The notes beneath the pieces were generated by a model that made no database searches, had not been told where the DNA came from, and was given only the letters and a program-made list of their open reading frames with translations. Positions 17,562 through 27,134 of a DNA stretch of 64,000 nt are shown here, piece after piece. Location: contig CAVQAE010000009.1 in NCBI GenBank assembly GCA_963710435.1, forward strand, positions 21,159-85,158, read 5' to 3'. Positions within the stretch are counted from its first letter, which is position 1; each line of letters begins with the position of its first letter. A program made the position numbers and the translations under genes. This DNA comes from an uncultured Gammaproteobacteria bacterium. Lineage in GTDB: Bacteria > Pseudomonadota > Gammaproteobacteria > Steroidobacterales > Steroidobacteraceae.

Positions 17562-19124
17562 TCACCCGCCCGTGACGCTGAATTGTCGTCGCAAAGCCAC
17601 TTTGTTGCTCTTGCCGCTCGGCAGCCGGGGAAGCACGGGCACGAACTCGATGCTCTTCGGGCATTTGTAGCCGGCGATCAGCCCGCGGCAATGCGCGATG
17701 AGATCGCTCGCCGCAACGCCCTGCCCCGGCTTTAAGACCACGACCGCCTTTACCGCCTCACCCCATTTGAGGTCGGGCACCCCGATCACGGCGACATCGG
17801 CCACGGCGGGATGCGCCATTAGCGCGCCCTCCACTTCCAGGCTGTAGACGTTCTCGCCGCCGCTGATGATCATGTCCTTTTTCCGGTCGACGAGGTACAC
17901 GAAGCCATCCCTGTCCATGCGCCCAAGGTCCCCTGTGTGCAGCCAACCGCCGCGCAGCGCCTCGATCGTCGCCGCCGAGTTGTTCCAGTATCCGATCATG
18001 TTCTGCCGTGAGCGCAGACAGATCTCACCGACGCTGCCGGCCGCGACCTCCACATCCTCCCCATCGACAATCTTCACGGCCGTGTCGTAGATCGGTTGGC
18101 CCACGGAGGCGAGCCGCGCGAGGTCCTCCTCCGGTCCGTCCACGCGGTGATAGGCCTTGCGCAGACTCAAGCCCGAGCCTTCGGTCTGGCCGTAGCCATT
18201 GATGAGGATCGGGCCGAAGCGGCGCAGCGCGCGCTTGAGTGTCGTCAGCGGCATGGGAGCCGCCGCATAGTTGATGGTGCGCAGCGAGCTGAAGTCGTAG
18301 CGCTCGATGTCGGGCAGATCGAGGACTTGTTGCATCAGGGTCGGTGCGAGATGCAGCTGGCTGATGCGTTCGCGCTCGACCGTCTCGGCCACCACCCGCG
18401 CATCGAAGGAGCGCTGCAGCACCAGCGTCCCGCCCCGCATCGTCATGCTGTAGCCCTGTGAGCGCGCGCCGATGTGGAACAAGGGCATGGCGAGCAAGAT
18501 TCGACCGCCCAAGTCCGCATCGAGCTCCATGGCCCATGCCTCACCCAACGCGAGCATCGCCTCGTGGGTGATCATGACCCCTTTGGGACGCCCCGTAGTG
18601 CCGCTCGTGTACATGAGCGAGTGCACGTCCGAGCCTATCGGCGCCATGCGCGGACCTGTATCGGAGCCACTTTCGAGCAGGGCCTCATACCGAACGGCCC
18701 AGTCGGGCGCGGGATCGTCGATCGCGACGTAATGTTGAATCGCGAGCTCGGCGCGCAGCCCCGCCAGCACGCTCGCATACTGCGATTCGAACAGCAGCAC
18801 CTTGGGCGTTGCGTCCTTGAGAATCCAGGCAATCTCCGGCGGTGCGAGTCGAAAATTGACGGGCGTGGCGATGTAGGGCGCGACCTCGCAGCTGCCGTAG
18901 ACCTCGTGATACTCGGGGCAATTCATCGCGAATATCGCGACGCGGTCCTGGGATTTGAGGCCGAGTCGATCGAGCGCGCTCGCCAGCCGCCGCGACCGTC
19001 GCGCAAACTCAGCGAAGGTCGCGCGGCGCTCGCCGAAGATCCGGTGAAGCTCCTCGGCGTGCAACACGGCGTTGCGCTCGACGAGATCCGCCATCGACTG
19101 CAGAACGCGACCCCGCGGGCTCAT
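17562..19124 (-). CDS. AMP-forming acyl-CoA synthetase (ANL family)
   Basis: Motifs are LMYTSGTTGRPKGV, GYGQTEG, WLHTGDLG and a C-terminal SGKSNKVALR. I placed the start at ATG 19124, 17 nt after the upstream stop; ATG 19094 is an alternative. Confidence 0.85.
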   Translation of the reverse strand: MSPRGRVLQSMADLVERNAVLHAEELHRIFGERRATFAEFARRSRRLASALDRLGLKSQDRVAIFAMNCPEYHEVYGSCEVAPYIATPVNFRLAPPEIAWILKDATPKVLLFESQYASVLAGLRAELAIQHYVAIDDPAPDWAVRYEALLESGSDTGPRMAPIGSDVHSLMYTSGTTGRPKGVMITHEAMLALGEAWAMELDADLGGRILLAMPLFHIGARSQGYSMTMRGGTLVLQRSFDARVVAETVERERISQLHLAPTLMQQVLDLPDIERYDFSSLRTINYAAAPMPLTTLKRALRRFGPILINGYGQTEGSGLSLRKAYHRVDGPEEDLARLASVGQPIYDTAVKIVDGEDVEVAAGSVGEICLRSRQNMIGYWNNSAATIEALRGGWLHTGDLGRMDRDGFVYLVDRKKDMIISGGENVYSLEVEGALMAHPAVADVAVIGVPDLKWGEAVKAVVVLKPGQGVAASDLIAHCRGLIAGYKCPKSIEFVPVLPRLPSGKSNKVALRRQFSVTGG

Positions 19125-19140
19125 GGCGTGCTGGACCCTT

Positions 19141-19950
19141 CTAGGCGTTGGTGTCGGTGGGGAACTCAGGCGGGCGCTTCTGCAGGAACGCATCGATCCC
19201 CTCGCGGCCCTCGGGGCCCGCGAAGCCAATGAATTCGAGCGCGAGCGAGGTATCGAAAATCGGCCCCGCCTGCCGCAGCCAGTGATTCAGCGCGTACTTG
19301 GTCCAGCGCGTGGCCGCGGGCGCGAGTCCGGCCAGGCGCGTGGCGATGGCGACCGCCTTCGCCTCGAGCTCCGCCGCATCGACCGCGAGCGAGACGAGGC
19401 CCATCTGCGCGGCCTGCTCGCCGGTGAAGGGTTCGGAGAGCAAAAGATAATACTTCGCGCGCGCCATGCCACAGAGCAGCGGCCACAGAATCGTGGCGTG
19501 ATCACCCGCCGCGACGCCGATCTTCGCGTGACCGTCGGAGAATTGCGCATCCTTGGCGGCAATCGAGATATCGGCGAGCAGCGCCGCGGCGATACCCGCG
19601 CCGACCGCCCACCCCGACACGGCACTCACGATGGGCTTCGAGCAGTTGATGATGTTGTAGACGAGATTGCGCGACTCCTTCATGGCCTGCATGCGCAGCT
19701 CGTAGTCATCGCACACCTTGCGCTCGTGGTTGAGATCGCCGCCCGCCGAGAAGGCCTTGTCGGAGCCACGGATCAGCGCGACTGACACCGTGGGATCCGC
19801 ATCGACATCCTTCCAGATCTCCGACATCTCGCGGTGCAGAGTCGCCGTCATGGCATTGAGCTTCAAGGGCGAGGCGATGGTGATGCGCAGCACCCGGGGG
19901 TCCGGCCGATCGAATTTGAGTTGCTCATAGCGGGCGTAGCGATCAGTCAT
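19141..19950 (-). CDS. Enoyl-CoA hydratase/isomerase family protein
   Basis: It has GSDKAFSAGGDL. I chose ATG 19950 because a GGAG lies 7 nt upstream; the track start is TTG 19986. Confidence 0.8.
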   Translation of the reverse strand: MTDRYARYEQLKFDRPDPRVLRITIASPLKLNAMTATLHREMSEIWKDVDADPTVSVALIRGSDKAFSAGGDLNHERKVCDDYELRMQAMKESRNLVYNIINCSKPIVSAVSGWAVGAGIAAALLADISIAAKDAQFSDGHAKIGVAAGDHATILWPLLCGMARAKYYLLLSEPFTGEQAAQMGLVSLAVDAAELEAKAVAIATRLAGLAPAATRWTKYALNHWLRQAGPIFDTSLALEFIGFAGPEGREGIDAFLQKRPPEFPTDTNA

Positions 19951-19987
19951 GGCAATCTCCAAGGAAAAAATGAGGTCGTACAGCAAA

Positions 19988-22129
19988 TCATGCGCGGCGC
20001 GCGATCAAGGCGTCCACCGCCACGACGCGGCGGCCGGCACAAATCAGCGGATTCACATCGAGCTCGGCGAGACGCTCGCGCTGGTCAGCCGCGAGCTCGG
20101 ACAACCGGCAGATCACTTCGGCCAACGCGTCCATATCCACGGGCTGCGAGCCACGAAATCCCTTGAGCAAGGCCGCGCCACGCAACCGCTCGAGCATCGC
20201 GCGGGCTTCCGTCGTGGTGACCGGCGCGAGCTCGACCGCGGTATCTTTCAGGAGCTCGACCAGCACGCCGCCGAGACCCACCACCACGAGCGGTCCGAGC
20301 TGCGGATCGACCCGCGCGCCGACCATGATCTCGATACCGGGCGGTACCATCGGTTGCACGAGCACGCCGTTGAGCCGCGCGGGTGGTTGGATCGCTTGGG
20401 CGCGGGCCATGATCGCGGCAAAGCCCGCGCGCACCTCGGCGTCATTCCTGAGATCGAGCCGGATGATTCCGGCGTCGGTCTTGTGGAGAATGTCCGGCGA
20501 TTCGACCTTGAGGGCGACGGGATATCCCATTGCGTTCGCGGCCGCGAGCGCCTGCGCGACCTCGCTCACCAGTTTCTCACCGACCACAGGCACCCCATAG
20601 GCCGCCAGCACTTGCTTCGCCTCGCGCTCGGTGAGGGTGCGCTCCTTCGCCTCGTCGAGAAGCTTCGCGGCGAGCGGCGCGGCCTCCGCTGATGCGAGGC
20701 GCTTTAAGATGCGCGCGCCTGCGCCCATGCGGGCGTGTCGACGATGCCAGGCCGCGAGCGTGCCGAAGCAGCGCTCCATGGAACGAAACAGCGCGACGTG
20801 CGGGTTTTCCTCCGCCTCACGCGTCGCCGGACCTTGCGGCCACTGCGACACCAGCACGTTGCAAGTGATCTTGTCGTACTTGGCCGAGAGCTCACTGAAC
20901 GCGGCAATGCGCGGAATATGAAAATCGAACGCCACCGGCTGCGGCACCACCAGCGCGCCGAAGACGCTGTCGCTCATCAAGGCCTCGCCACAAGCCCACA
21001 ACGAGGCGGGATTGTTGACGACTTGAGCCGTGACATCGCAGGGATTACGGGGCGAGCCGAAGTCGGGCACGTGCTCGAGGAGCACCTCGAGCACGGGCGG
21101 GCTCGGCTGCGGCAAAGGCACGCCATGCCGCTCCGCCTTGTCCGCCGCCATGATGGCCGCGCCACCCGAGGTCGCGACCACCGCCACGCCCGGCGCTTTC
21201 GGCGGGGGTGCTTTAGCGAAAAAGGCCGCGGCTTCCATGAGTCCTTCGAAGTCCGGTACCAGGATCATCCCGGCGCGCTCGAAGGCGGCAAGATAGGCGA
21301 TATTCGAGCCCGCGAGCGAGCCCGTGTGCGAGACCGCCGCTTCGGCCCCGAGCTGGCCGGTCGCGATCTTGTGCACGAGCAGCGGCTTGCCCGCCCGCCA
21401 CGCCAGATCGGCCGCTTCGAGCAGGCGCTCCGGCTCGGACATTCCCTCGAAAACGCAGGCAATGGCTCGGCAAGCCTCATCCTCCACGAGGTATGCCACC
21501 AGATCCGCGACGTCGACATCGCTCTGATTGCCGGCGGAAAAGGCGTGGCTCACGGCGCAGCCGTACTCGACCGCTTGGGCGAGCGACTGCGACAGCGCGC
21601 CGGACTGACTGGCGATGCCAACCGCCGCGGCGCGGGGCGGCCGAGGGGCGGGATAATCCGAGAACGACAACCGCGCCTTGAGGCCATAGTTCACGAAGCC
21701 GAGGCAGTTCGGCCCGATTACGGGCATGGAAGACTCGCGCGCGATCGCGCTGAGGCGTTGCTGCGCGGCGACGCGCTCGGGCTTTCCAGTCTCGGCGTAG
21801 CCTGAGGCAAACAGCACGACGCCCCCCGCGCGACGCGCCGCGGCCTCGGCGACGACCTGCTCGGCCGCCTCGCGCGGCACCGTGATGACGACACAGTCCG
21901 GCGACTCGGGCAATGCCCCAAGATTCGGGTAGCAAGGCTGACCGCCGATCTCTGTGTACTTCGCGTTGACGAGGTGCACGCGCCCCGTGTAGTGGCCGGT
22001 GAGGTTCGCCTGCAGGCGCTCGCCGAAGGAGCCCGCGCGCGGCGACGCCCCGACGATGGCGACGCTCGCCGGCGCAAGGACCCGGCGGAGCTGGGCGTAT
22101 CGGTACAGCGGGCGAGGACTCTCGCGCAT
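19988..22129 (-). CDS. ADP-forming (NDP-forming) acyl-CoA synthetase, acetate--CoA ligase family
   Basis: The 713-aa product has a CoA-binding N-terminus (VAIVGASPRAGSFGERL), a succinyl-CoA-synthetase-like middle region, and a C-terminal ATP-grasp region (EREAKQVLAAYGVPVV...). Confidence 0.8.
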   Translation of the reverse strand: MRESPRPLYRYAQLRRVLAPASVAIVGASPRAGSFGERLQANLTGHYTGRVHLVNAKYTEIGGQPCYPNLGALPESPDCVVITVPREAAEQVVAEAAARRAGGVVLFASGYAETGKPERVAAQQRLSAIARESSMPVIGPNCLGFVNYGLKARLSFSDYPAPRPPRAAAVGIASQSGALSQSLAQAVEYGCAVSHAFSAGNQSDVDVADLVAYLVEDEACRAIACVFEGMSEPERLLEAADLAWRAGKPLLVHKIATGQLGAEAAVSHTGSLAGSNIAYLAAFERAGMILVPDFEGLMEAAAFFAKAPPPKAPGVAVVATSGGAAIMAADKAERHGVPLPQPSPPVLEVLLEHVPDFGSPRNPCDVTAQVVNNPASLWACGEALMSDSVFGALVVPQPVAFDFHIPRIAAFSELSAKYDKITCNVLVSQWPQGPATREAEENPHVALFRSMERCFGTLAAWHRRHARMGAGARILKRLASAEAAPLAAKLLDEAKERTLTEREAKQVLAAYGVPVVGEKLVSEVAQALAAANAMGYPVALKVESPDILHKTDAGIIRLDLRNDAEVRAGFAAIMARAQAIQPPARLNGVLVQPMVPPGIEIMVGARVDPQLGPLVVVGLGGVLVELLKDTAVELAPVTTTEARAMLERLRGAALLKGFRGSQPVDMDALAEVICRLSELAADQRERLAELDVNPLICAGRRVVAVDALIARRA

Positions 22130-22137
22130 CGGCTACG

Positions 22138-22932
22138 TCACTCGCCGGTAAAACTCGGCGTGCGTTTGTCGCGGAAGGCGCTGACCGCCTCTCGATGATC
22201 GGCGCTGAGGTTCGACAGCGCCTCATAGGCAAAGGAGGCCTCGAGCACCGTGGCGAGCACCTGCTTCAAACCGACATTCACGGACAGCTTGGTCCATTGA
22301 ATAGCACGCGCCGCGCCGGCGGCCAAGCGCTGTGCGAACTCATCCACGGTGCGATCCAACTCCTCGGCCGGCACCGAGCGATTGATGAGGCCAATCCGCG
22401 CCGCCTCCTCACCGGTGAGGAGATCACCCGTCAACAGGTACTCCTTGGCGCGCGCATAGCCGATCAGCTGCGGCCAGATCACGGCGCCGCCGTCACCCGC
22501 CGTGAAACCGACTTTGACATGCGGATCGCCGATCTTGGCATGATGGGCCGCAATGATGATGTCGCAGAACAGCGCAATCGTGGCGCCGAGGCCGACCGCG
22601 GCGCCGTTCACCTTGGCGATGATCGGCTTCGGACAATCGAGGATCGAGGAGATGAGTCGCTTGCCCGCTATGAGTCCGTGCATGAACAGGGCCGGACGGT
22701 CGATGAGCGTCTGCATGTGCTCGATGTCCCCACCCGCGCTGAAGGCGCGGCCAGCACCGGTCAGTATGAGGACGCGGGTCGCATCGTCGATGGCAGCGTC
22801 GATGAACAATCGCTCGCATTCGACGTGCAGGTCATCGTCAAAGGCGTTCATGCTGTCCGGACGATTGAAGGTGGCATGCAGCACCGCGCCGTCCCGGTGC
22901 AGCTTGATGGCTTTGTAGCTGGCGAAATCCAT
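22138..22932 (-). CDS. Enoyl-CoA hydratase/isomerase family protein
   Basis: It has LTGAGRAFSAGGDIEHM. I chose the start at ATG 22932, which is preceded by GGGGAGGA. Confidence 0.8.
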   Translation of the reverse strand: MDFASYKAIKLHRDGAVLHATFNRPDSMNAFDDDLHVECERLFIDAAIDDATRVLILTGAGRAFSAGGDIEHMQTLIDRPALFMHGLIAGKRLISSILDCPKPIIAKVNGAAVGLGATIALFCDIIIAAHHAKIGDPHVKVGFTAGDGGAVIWPQLIGYARAKEYLLTGDLLTGEEAARIGLINRSVPAEELDRTVDEFAQRLAAGAARAIQWTKLSVNVGLKQVLATVLEASFAYEALSNLSADHREAVSAFRDKRTPSFTGE

Positions 22933-22965
22933 ATGAGTCCTCCCCAGAAGCGCGGCCGTCGCTGC

Positions 22966-22988
22966 GTTCATTTATTCAAACGGTATTC
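22966..22988. promoter_or_regulatory. Composite operator GTTC-N8-AAAC-N3-ATTC
   Basis: The sequence is GTTCATTTATTCAAACGGTATTC, just upstream of the crotonase-led minus-strand operon (start 22932). Confidence 0.45.
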
Positions 22989-23113
22989 GGATTTTCACAG
23001 ATGCGCTCGCGGGGGTCAACGCGCCGGCCGTGGCGAGCCGGCGCCACGACCGTTGGCGTCAACCCGGGCTCTATGCCGCGGCACGGTATTTTGCAATGGC
23101 GCCGCGGCCGCCT

Positions 23114-24271
23114 TTAGTCCGATAGCGCCGCACGCACGGCATTGGCAATCGGCAGGATCGGATCCTCGGCGGGCGAGCTCGCGTTGAAAAGCCTGTTGTG
23201 GCAGATCGCGACCGCCACTTGGGTATCCGGATCGGCCCAGCCAATGCAGCCGCCTTGGCCGGGATGGCAGAGCGCGCGCGGACTCGCCGCCGAGCAGACC
23301 GGCGTATTCGGGCCGCCCAACCAATAGCCGCCGACGCTGATCGGCAGGGGAATTCCGAACATCACCGCGTCGGGCTCGGTGGCGTTCATACGCGGCTCGT
23401 TGAGCGCCGCCACGCGGGCACGCGACAAAAGGCGGGTGCCGTCGAGCTCTCCGCCGTTCGCGAGCAACGCCCAAAAACGGGCCTCGCTGCGCGCATTGAA
23501 GATGCCGCCGACGCCCGCCACCTCGGCGCGCCGCACATCCGCCCGCTCGAACACCGGCGGGTGGAGCGCCACTTGCGCCGGCATCGAGGCGAGGAACAGC
23601 GGCGGGAGGTACGCCGGGGGGACGGGCACCATCGCATCGGTCTGCTTCGCGATGCGACTCTCGACCGCGTCGGGAATCCCAATCCACAGATCGGTAATGC
23701 CGAGCGGCTCCGCGAGCTCCTCCCGGACAAAACGCCCGAGCGAGCGGTGCGCCGGATCGGTGCGAGACACCAGCTCGCCCACGATCCAGCCATAGGTCAT
23801 CGACAGATACAGGGTCTTGCTGCCGGGCTCTGCCAGGGGCTCGAGGTCGGCGATGGCCGCCGTCATCCACTGCCAATCGCACATGCGCTCCGCAGTGACA
23901 TCCGCGGGCATCTGCGGCACCCCGGCACGATGCGTGAGCACATCGCGCACGGTGGTTTTCTCTTTGCCGTGCTTGCCGTACTCAGGCCAGTAACGGCTGA
24001 CCGGGGCCTCGTACTCGATGTGGCCGCGCTCCGCCTGAATGTGCAGCGCCGTCGCGGCGACCGCCTTGGTCACCGAGTACACATTGAAGAGGGTGTCACC
24101 ATCCACGGCACGCCCGGTGCTCTCATCGGCGAGACCGCCCCACGTGTCCACCACGAGCTCACTGCCACGATAGGCCGCCACTTGGACGCCGATCTCTTGG
24201 CCGGCTGCGATTGCCGCGTCGATGGCTTTGCGGACGACGGCATTAGCCCTTTGCAGAGTCGAGTCGGTCAT
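23114..24271 (-). CDS. Serine hydrolase, class C beta-lactamase/esterase family
   Basis: It has the S-x-x-K nucleophile motif NVYSVTKAV. I chose ATG 24271 (MTDSTLQRAN). The 193-aa upstream extension of the 578-aa track ORF is Arg/Ser/Pro-rich and overlaps the rubredoxin gene on the other strand. Confidence 0.8.
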   Translation of the reverse strand: MTDSTLQRANAVVRKAIDAAIAAGQEIGVQVAAYRGSELVVDTWGGLADESTGRAVDGDTLFNVYSVTKAVAATALHIQAERGHIEYEAPVSRYWPEYGKHGKEKTTVRDVLTHRAGVPQMPADVTAERMCDWQWMTAAIADLEPLAEPGSKTLYLSMTYGWIVGELVSRTDPAHRSLGRFVREELAEPLGITDLWIGIPDAVESRIAKQTDAMVPVPPAYLPPLFLASMPAQVALHPPVFERADVRRAEVAGVGGIFNARSEARFWALLANGGELDGTRLLSRARVAALNEPRMNATEPDAVMFGIPLPISVGGYWLGGPNTPVCSAASPRALCHPGQGGCIGWADPDTQVAVAICHNRLFNASSPAEDPILPIANAVRAALSD

Positions 24272-24346
24272 GGTGCGCGGTCTCGCAAGTGGAACTATTT
24301 GCGCCTCAAAGGCACCGGAGAGCGCGCGTTGACGCTCTGAGGCCGC

Positions 24347-24369
24347 GTTTATATTATTGAATACCATTC
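24347..24369. promoter_or_regulatory. Composite operator GTTT-N8-GAAT-N3-ATTC
   Basis: The sequence is GTTTATATTATTGAATACCATTC, in the divergent region between the hydrolase and rubredoxin genes. Confidence 0.45.
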
Positions 24370-24408
24370 TATATCTCAACCGCGGCTGCCGGGGTCGCTG
24401 GAGATCCG

Positions 24409-24591
24409 ATGAGCGAGCCCTATCGTAAATGGCAATGCTTTTTTTGCGGCCTGATCTACGATGAGGCCGCCGGCATGCCCGAGGAAGGCATTCAAGCGGG
24501 TACGCGTTGGGATGACATTCCGGCTGACTGGTTTTGTCCCGGCTGCGGCGCCGCCAAATCGGATTTCGCCATGATCGAGGTGGCTGCCTGA
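24409..24591 (+). CDS. Rubredoxin
   Basis: The 60-aa product has two Cys knuckles, [12 protein letters not shown] and [14 protein letters not shown], and a conserved aromatic core. Confidence 0.9.
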   Translation: MSEPYRKWQCFFCGLIYDEAAGMPEEGIQAGTRWDDIPADWFCPGCGAAKSDFAMIEVAA

Positions 24592-24608
24592 GCTCAGCCA
24601 CGCCGCCG

Positions 24609-25673
24609 ATGCCACTGCCGCTGGTGCCTGAAGAGGTGAACGCCGCATGGCTCACGCAGGCACTGCGCGAGCGCTTCCCGGAAGCGATCGTGGAGGGTGT
24701 GCAAATCCTCAACATCCTTCGAGGCACCTCCACCAAGATCCGCGTGCGACCGACGTATGCGCAAGGGCACGCCGCCGGTCTTCCCCCTACGCTCATCGTG
24801 AAGGGCGGATTCGAGGCGCACGCACCGTCGATGCGGGAGATGTACTTCACCGAGATGCGCTTCTATCGCGACGTGCAGCCTTACGTCGCGATCCCGAGTC
24901 CTGCGTGTTTTTACGCCGGCTCCGACCCGCAATCGCATCAGTCGATTGTCATCTTGGAGGACCTGCGTGCTCGCGGGGTGAGCTTCTGCCATGCACGGAG
25001 GCCCCAGTCACGCGAGCAACTCACGCGCCGTCTCGCGGTCATGGCGCGCTACCACGCCCAGACCTGGAACTCGCCCGAGTTCGAGCGCGGCGGACGCTTC
25101 GATTGGATTGGCGGACGGCACGAGGGCTGGAGTCTCGTCTATCAAGAGCGTTACCTCGCCCCTGAAGTGTGGCAGCACTACATGGACCTGCCGCGCGGTG
25201 CGGCCGTCCCTCGGCGCCTGCGCGATCGCGATTGGATGCGCGCCGCGCTCGCGTACTTGGGCCGATATCACCGAGAGTTTCCGACCTGTCTCTGTCATGG
25301 CGATACTCATCTCGGCAATCTCTACGAGGAACGCGACGGCAGCCCGGGCTTTTTCGACCCGCAAGTCGCGCGCGCTCCCTGGCAATTCGAAGTCGCTTAC
25401 CATCTCGTCGGCGCGTTGGACATGGTCGATCGCCGGCGTTTCGAGGCGGAGCTGTTGCGGCACTATCTCGATGCGCTCACCGCGTACGGGGTTACGGCAC
25501 CCGCGTTCGAAGTCGCTTGGGAAGCCTACCGGCGTGAGATCGCCTATGGTCTGTTCATCTTCCTGATCAACGAGACGCGGTTTCAGACCGAGGCGGTGAA
25601 TACGGCGTACGCGGCACGATTCGCCGCGGCCGCCCTCGATCACGACACGGTGCGATTGACGCAAGGCGCCTGA
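24609..25673 (+). CDS. Phosphotransferase (APH / choline-kinase-like) family protein
   Basis: It has a catalytic loop CHGDTHLGNLY followed by FFDPQ. I chose ATG 24609, which lies just after the rubredoxin stop. Confidence 0.7.
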   Translation: MPLPLVPEEVNAAWLTQALRERFPEAIVEGVQILNILRGTSTKIRVRPTYAQGHAAGLPPTLIVKGGFEAHAPSMREMYFTEMRFYRDVQPYVAIPSPACFYAGSDPQSHQSIVILEDLRARGVSFCHARRPQSREQLTRRLAVMARYHAQTWNSPEFERGGRFDWIGGRHEGWSLVYQERYLAPEVWQHYMDLPRGAAVPRRLRDRDWMRAALAYLGRYHREFPTCLCHGDTHLGNLYEERDGSPGFFDPQVARAPWQFEVAYHLVGALDMVDRRRFEAELLRHYLDALTAYGVTAPAFEVAWEAYRREIAYGLFIFLINETRFQTEAVNTAYAARFAAAALDHDTVRLTQGA

Positions 25674-25792
25674 CGCTGGAACCTCGCGGCGGTGGCCGGG
25701 GAGTGCCGCGCGCCCTGCCCTATCGTCGGCGGCAATGACCAGAAGAAGAGCGTCGCGACTTTCGACTCATGTCCCTTCTTTTTCAAGCCTGC

Positions 25793-25821
25793 TTGCGAAA
25801 GAAGCGACATGCCATTATCAT
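25793..25821 (+). promoter_or_regulatory. Candidate sigma70-type promoter for parAB
   Basis: The elements are TTGCGA (25793-25798), a 17-nt spacer, and TATCAT (25816-25821), about 40 nt upstream of ATG 25860. This is a pattern match only. Confidence 0.3.
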
Positions 25822-25859
25822 CGTTTGGATTATGGTACCTCGCCTGCCCCGTCTTCGCG

Positions 25860-27134
25860 ATGTCGGCTAATCCCGAGGAGATCCTGACCCTCACGCCGGT
25901 GGATCCGGAGATTCGGCGTCGAGTTCCCCGGGCGAGTGCCCGAGAGATACATTCCCTCGCGGATCGGGCTTCCATCATATTGAAGGAGGCCCTCTCGGTC
26001 GCACTCGAACCGAGTGCGAAGAAGACGCTTCGCAAGTGGAATCGCAAGGAAGTTGCCGAGATGCTCGGGATCTCGGTCAAGACGCTGGACCGCGGCATTG
26101 ATGAGGGCAAGCTCCCCGCGGGCGAGCAGGTGGGCCGGGGTCCCCGCTTGTTCTCCCTCGAGCAGATCAACGAGATCCGCGACAAGCTCGGGCTTCGGCC
26201 TTGGCGCAACCCGCGAACGGACCCCGCCAAAGTGATTGCGGTGGCCAATTTCAAGGGCGGCGTCGCCAAGACATCGGTGGCCGTGCACTTGGCGCAATAC
26301 GCGGCCCGCAAGGGCCTGCGCACCCTCCTCGTCGACTTGGACGCTCAAGGCAGCGCCACCACGACGTTCGGACTTCGCCCCGACGCTGATGTCGAGAGCA
26401 GCCAAACGCTCTCGCCCTGGTTGCATGGCAAGGACTTGGCGGACCCCGAGGAGTGGACCGGGACCCTCGCCACGGCCGTGCAGAAAACCTACTGGCCGGG
26501 GCTCGATCTGATCGCCGCGAACCTGCAGCTGTATGGCGCCGAGTTCGCCATTGCCGCGCGCCGCACCCGCGATTCGCAGTTCCTCTTTTATCGCGTGCTC
26601 GCAGATGGCCTCGATACCATCAAGGATCAGTACGACGTCATCGTGCTCGATACCCCGCCGTCGCTCTCCTTCATCACGAGTAACGCCCTCTTTGCCGCCA
26701 ACGGCATTGTCATGCCCGTGCCTCCGGCGACCATGGATTTCGCCTCCTCGGTGAGCTTCTTTCAGTTGCTGGCGGAGCTCATGGACACCATCGACTCAAT
26801 CGAGGGTGAGGCTAAGTACTTTGATTTTCTTGCACTTTTAGTCTCCAAGTACGAACCGAAGAATGATGCCCATGTGGCCATTCATGACTGGTTGCGCGAA
26901 GCCTTCGCGCGTCGCGTGCTGCAGCATCCGATGGGTCAATCGGCGGTCTTGCGCTTCGGTCCGGATATGAAAACCGCGTACGAGATCGAGCGCTACGAAG
27001 GGGATCGTCGCACCCTCGCCCGCGCGCTGGAGTTCATGGACGGGGTCAATGAGGAAATCATTCAACTGATTTTCGATCAATGGCCGTCGAAGCGCGGACG
27101 ACCCGAGTCGCCCCGCAAAGGTAGTGCGACGTGA
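25860..27134 (+). CDS. parA: ParA/SopA/RepA-type partition ATPase (type Ia, with N-terminal HTH)
   Basis: It has the deviant Walker A KVIAVANFKGGVAKTS, LVDLDAQGS, and an N-terminal HTH EVAEMLGISVKTLDRGIDEGKLP. The start is uncertain: the track ORF begins at 25692, and ATG 25860 gives about 424 aa. Confidence 0.85.
   Translation: MSANPEEILTLTPVDPEIRRRVPRASAREIHSLADRASIILKEALSVALEPSAKKTLRKWNRKEVAEMLGISVKTLDRGIDEGKLPAGEQVGRGPRLFSLEQINEIRDKLGLRPWRNPRTDPAKVIAVANFKGGVAKTSVAVHLAQYAARKGLRTLLVDLDAQGSATTTFGLRPDADVESSQTLSPWLHGKDLADPEEWTGTLATAVQKTYWPGLDLIAANLQLYGAEFAIAARRTRDSQFLFYRVLADGLDTIKDQYDVIVLDTPPSLSFITSNALFAANGIVMPVPPATMDFASSVSFFQLLAELMDTIDSIEGEAKYFDFLALLVSKYEPKNDAHVAIHDWLREAFARRVLQHPMGQSAVLRFGPDMKTAYEIERYEGDRRTLARALEFMDGVNEEIIQLIFDQWPSKRGRPESPRKGSAT

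Noticed and set aside
23114-24850. The track lists a 578-aa version of the serine hydrolase ORF. Similar N-terminal extensions exist for 13774, 16674, 19229, 22971, 24534, 25692, 29891, 33180, 34285, 41259, 44712, 52566, 60431 and 63007.
   Set aside because: The upstream extensions are compositionally abnormal or overlap neighbouring genes. Internal ATG/GTG starts lie right after the upstream stop or behind a Shine-Dalgarno sequence and give products of normal family length.
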